DNA from: Leptogorgia sarmentosa
Taxonomy: Eukaryota
DNA: 64,000 nucleotides
Assembly: GCA_964658305.1 (NCBI GenBank)
Contig: OZ210885.1
Span: 8,990,001-9,054,000, forward strand
Direction of reading: 5' to 3'
Part shown: one piece after another, positions 61,952 to 64,000 of the stretch
How positions within the stretch are numbered: position 1 is the first letter of the stretch
Layout of the letters: every line of letters begins with the position of its first letter
Made by a program: the position numbers and the translations under genes
Notes under the pieces: generated by a model
Told to the model about the DNA's origin: nothing
The model's database searches: none
The model's input: only the letters and a program-made list of their open reading frames with translations

Positions 61952-61975
61952 TTGGTTCGAGTCCAACCAGGGACG
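61902..61975 (+). pseudogene. trnN: tRNA-Asn(GTT), D-arm mutated
   Basis: Full length with two substitutions. Confidence 0.72.
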
Positions 61976-62151
61976 TGTTTGGTGTGTTCAGACATTGTGA
62001 TGGTAAATGGGATTTTATGCGCGAGGTTTTGATGTTATTAAGTATAACTAAACGAAATTTTACTTTAATGATTGCTATTCTTCGAAAAAGTATAGAATTT
62101 ATAATTACCAATTCATATTTTATTTGTGCTGTTTTTCACCTGGCAATACAG

Positions 62152-62549
62152 GTTCTTCAAGATTGGGCGAGATATTCAACTCAGCCCGAGATTGTCCTGA
62201 TGTTGTTGATAAATTAGCTGGAACAAAAGATGGATCTTGCTGGATCCTTCGGAAAAACCCACAAGGTACAAGCTGATGCTTCCGAAGCTGAAATCTACAT
62301 AATGAATGTTGCAAATAGTTTTTAAAATTATTTTAATCAGGTTTGGTGTTATATTCATACAGACCAAGGTTGATTAATTTGTGTTAGTTGGAATGAAGAA
62401 TAGTCCAGTAAGTTCGACAGTCCCATCCGATTCGTCCCCGATTGTCCCACAAGGACCGCCACACTGGTCAAGTTGGGCGATATCACAGATCTTGATTTTA
62501 GAGTCCAGGTCTCAACAAACAAAAGTTTTGATGGCACAAGATCAGGCTG
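62152..62549 (+). pseudogene. Two decayed exons with a fibrinogen/COLFI N-terminal-like motif
   Basis: LGEIFNSARDCPDVVDKLAGTKDGSCWI, then VWCYIHTDQG*...LVGMKNSPV...PHWSS...DFRVQVS with a stop and frameshifts; splice-like borders. Confidence 0.5.
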
Positions 62550-64000
62550 GTAAGAATACACAAACTAATAATTTCTTGTTAACCATGCGCAAAGTCAGCA
62601 CCGAGCTCGTCTTTTGTACCGACAGTGCACGTAGTGCGAGTTATAACAGGAAAATGATTATCTCATACGAACATATGATTGAAACTTTAACACTTTCTAT
62701 CATATCAGCAACTTTCCAATAAAGGAATACCGAATGGTTTTCCGTGCAGGATTGCGTCATCCATGCACGTGGGATGTGGCGACTTTTGGAAAGCGTAAAA
62801 AATCACGAGCCGCAGGCGAGTCACTTTCCGAAACTCAAGCCACATCCCAAGTGTATGGATAACGCTATCCTGCACGGGAAAATCATTTGGTAATTGTTTT
62901 ATAAAATAACTCAGTGAAACAATGGAAAACGTTAATTTCTTTTCCATAAATACGAAAACCCTTGTTTGTTGTTTTCGATAGCAATTTGTGTTAGTGTCAA
63001 ATTTTCGTATTTTACTTTAATTTATTGCCGACATTTTAAAAATCCCGTGACTCGTGAGCATTATGCTCGTGAGTAAGCATTCAGAATTTTCCAAGCAGGA
63101 TACTGTGCAGGATTGTCTGATCCTGCAGGACTATTGACCAATCAAATTGCGTGGTTCACTGTAGTTATTATGTAACAGCCTTTCACGCCCGAAAACAATT
63201 TACTCGATAAGCGTGGTGACGTTATAACATGCTCAATAAGAGCAGAACTGAGTCATTAGACACTCGAAATATTTTCTTGTTAACAGAGATAACTTTTCCC
63301 ATATCAAGATCCCTTAAGGCCCGTGCACACGAGCGAGTTTTTGCTGGGATTTTCTCCTTCTGATGGATGTGAACGAGTGGATTAACAAGGAATGTGCTGA
63401 GTGCGTGCTTTCTCACCTGAACATTTGTGACTGATCTACTCGTTCACATCCGTCAAAAGGAGAAAATCGCACTAGAAATCGCAGCGAAATCGCTCCGGCC
63501 TTTGGTCTGCAAACAAACTTATAAGGATCGATGGTCCAATGTTGTATCTGTAAAACAATGCTGATATGAAAAGATTTTAGAAAATACGACTAAGAGATAA
63601 TGACGTCTGAAGTTCAGTAAGGTTTGCTGATAATGCTGTAAATGTGACGACCATTTGCAAACATCATTGGTAATTTTACTTTTATTGACAAATGTTCTAT
63701 AATAATTTGATATTGTAAACCAGCAAATACAACTAAAAATCTACACTAAAGTTGAAACAAAATCATTTTCAAATATACAGTTGCCTCTTATATTAATTAG
63801 GCGAATTGCTAAACATTTCCAGATATGTTCACTGTTTAACTTATTCAGTGATACTATCTTATACGTTTACTATACTGTCACTGAGAATTAAGAGAAAATT
63901 CTTAGCATGACGTTTTCTCGATAATTATTTACAGCATGGACTGAATAAAAATGTTTGTAATAAGACAGGTGAATTCAAAACACGCAGAGTGCCACTGAAA

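Noticed and set aside
34435..62217. Many 60-100 aa ORFs across the tRNA cluster
   Set aside because: Chance frames over tRNA genes and their repeated spacers.

Overview
AT-rich eukaryotic DNA with spliceosomal introns, most likely a marine invertebrate (repeat and gene style suggest a cnidarian; this is inference). The left part holds a 5'-truncated CR1/L2-type LINE and a complete 10-exon minus-strand gene (2010-10222, about 823 aa) for a type I membrane protein: signal peptide, two LRP/pro-EGF-like beta-propellers, four EGF repeats, a TM helix and a Tyr-rich tail. From 10.9 to 31 kb is transposon debris: a 27-bp VNTR, foldback/MITE elements, hAT and IS630/Tc1 remnants, and local duplications. 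A frameshifted GT10 alpha-1,3-fucosyltransferase-like gene with an atypical motif lies at 31.7-32.9 kb. From 33.8 to 62 kb is a scrambled, partly decayed cluster of about 50 tRNA genes, pseudogenes and fragments (Thr, Val, Leu, Asn, His, Pro, Ser, Glu, Gly, Gln, Cys). It includes intron-bearing Leu(CAA) and, unusually, intron-bearing Thr(AGT) genes, and is interrupted by a 2.36-kb near-perfect foldback element and an Academ-like element. I found no prokaryotic-type system (CRISPR, operon). Coordinates were read by eye and may be off by a few bases.
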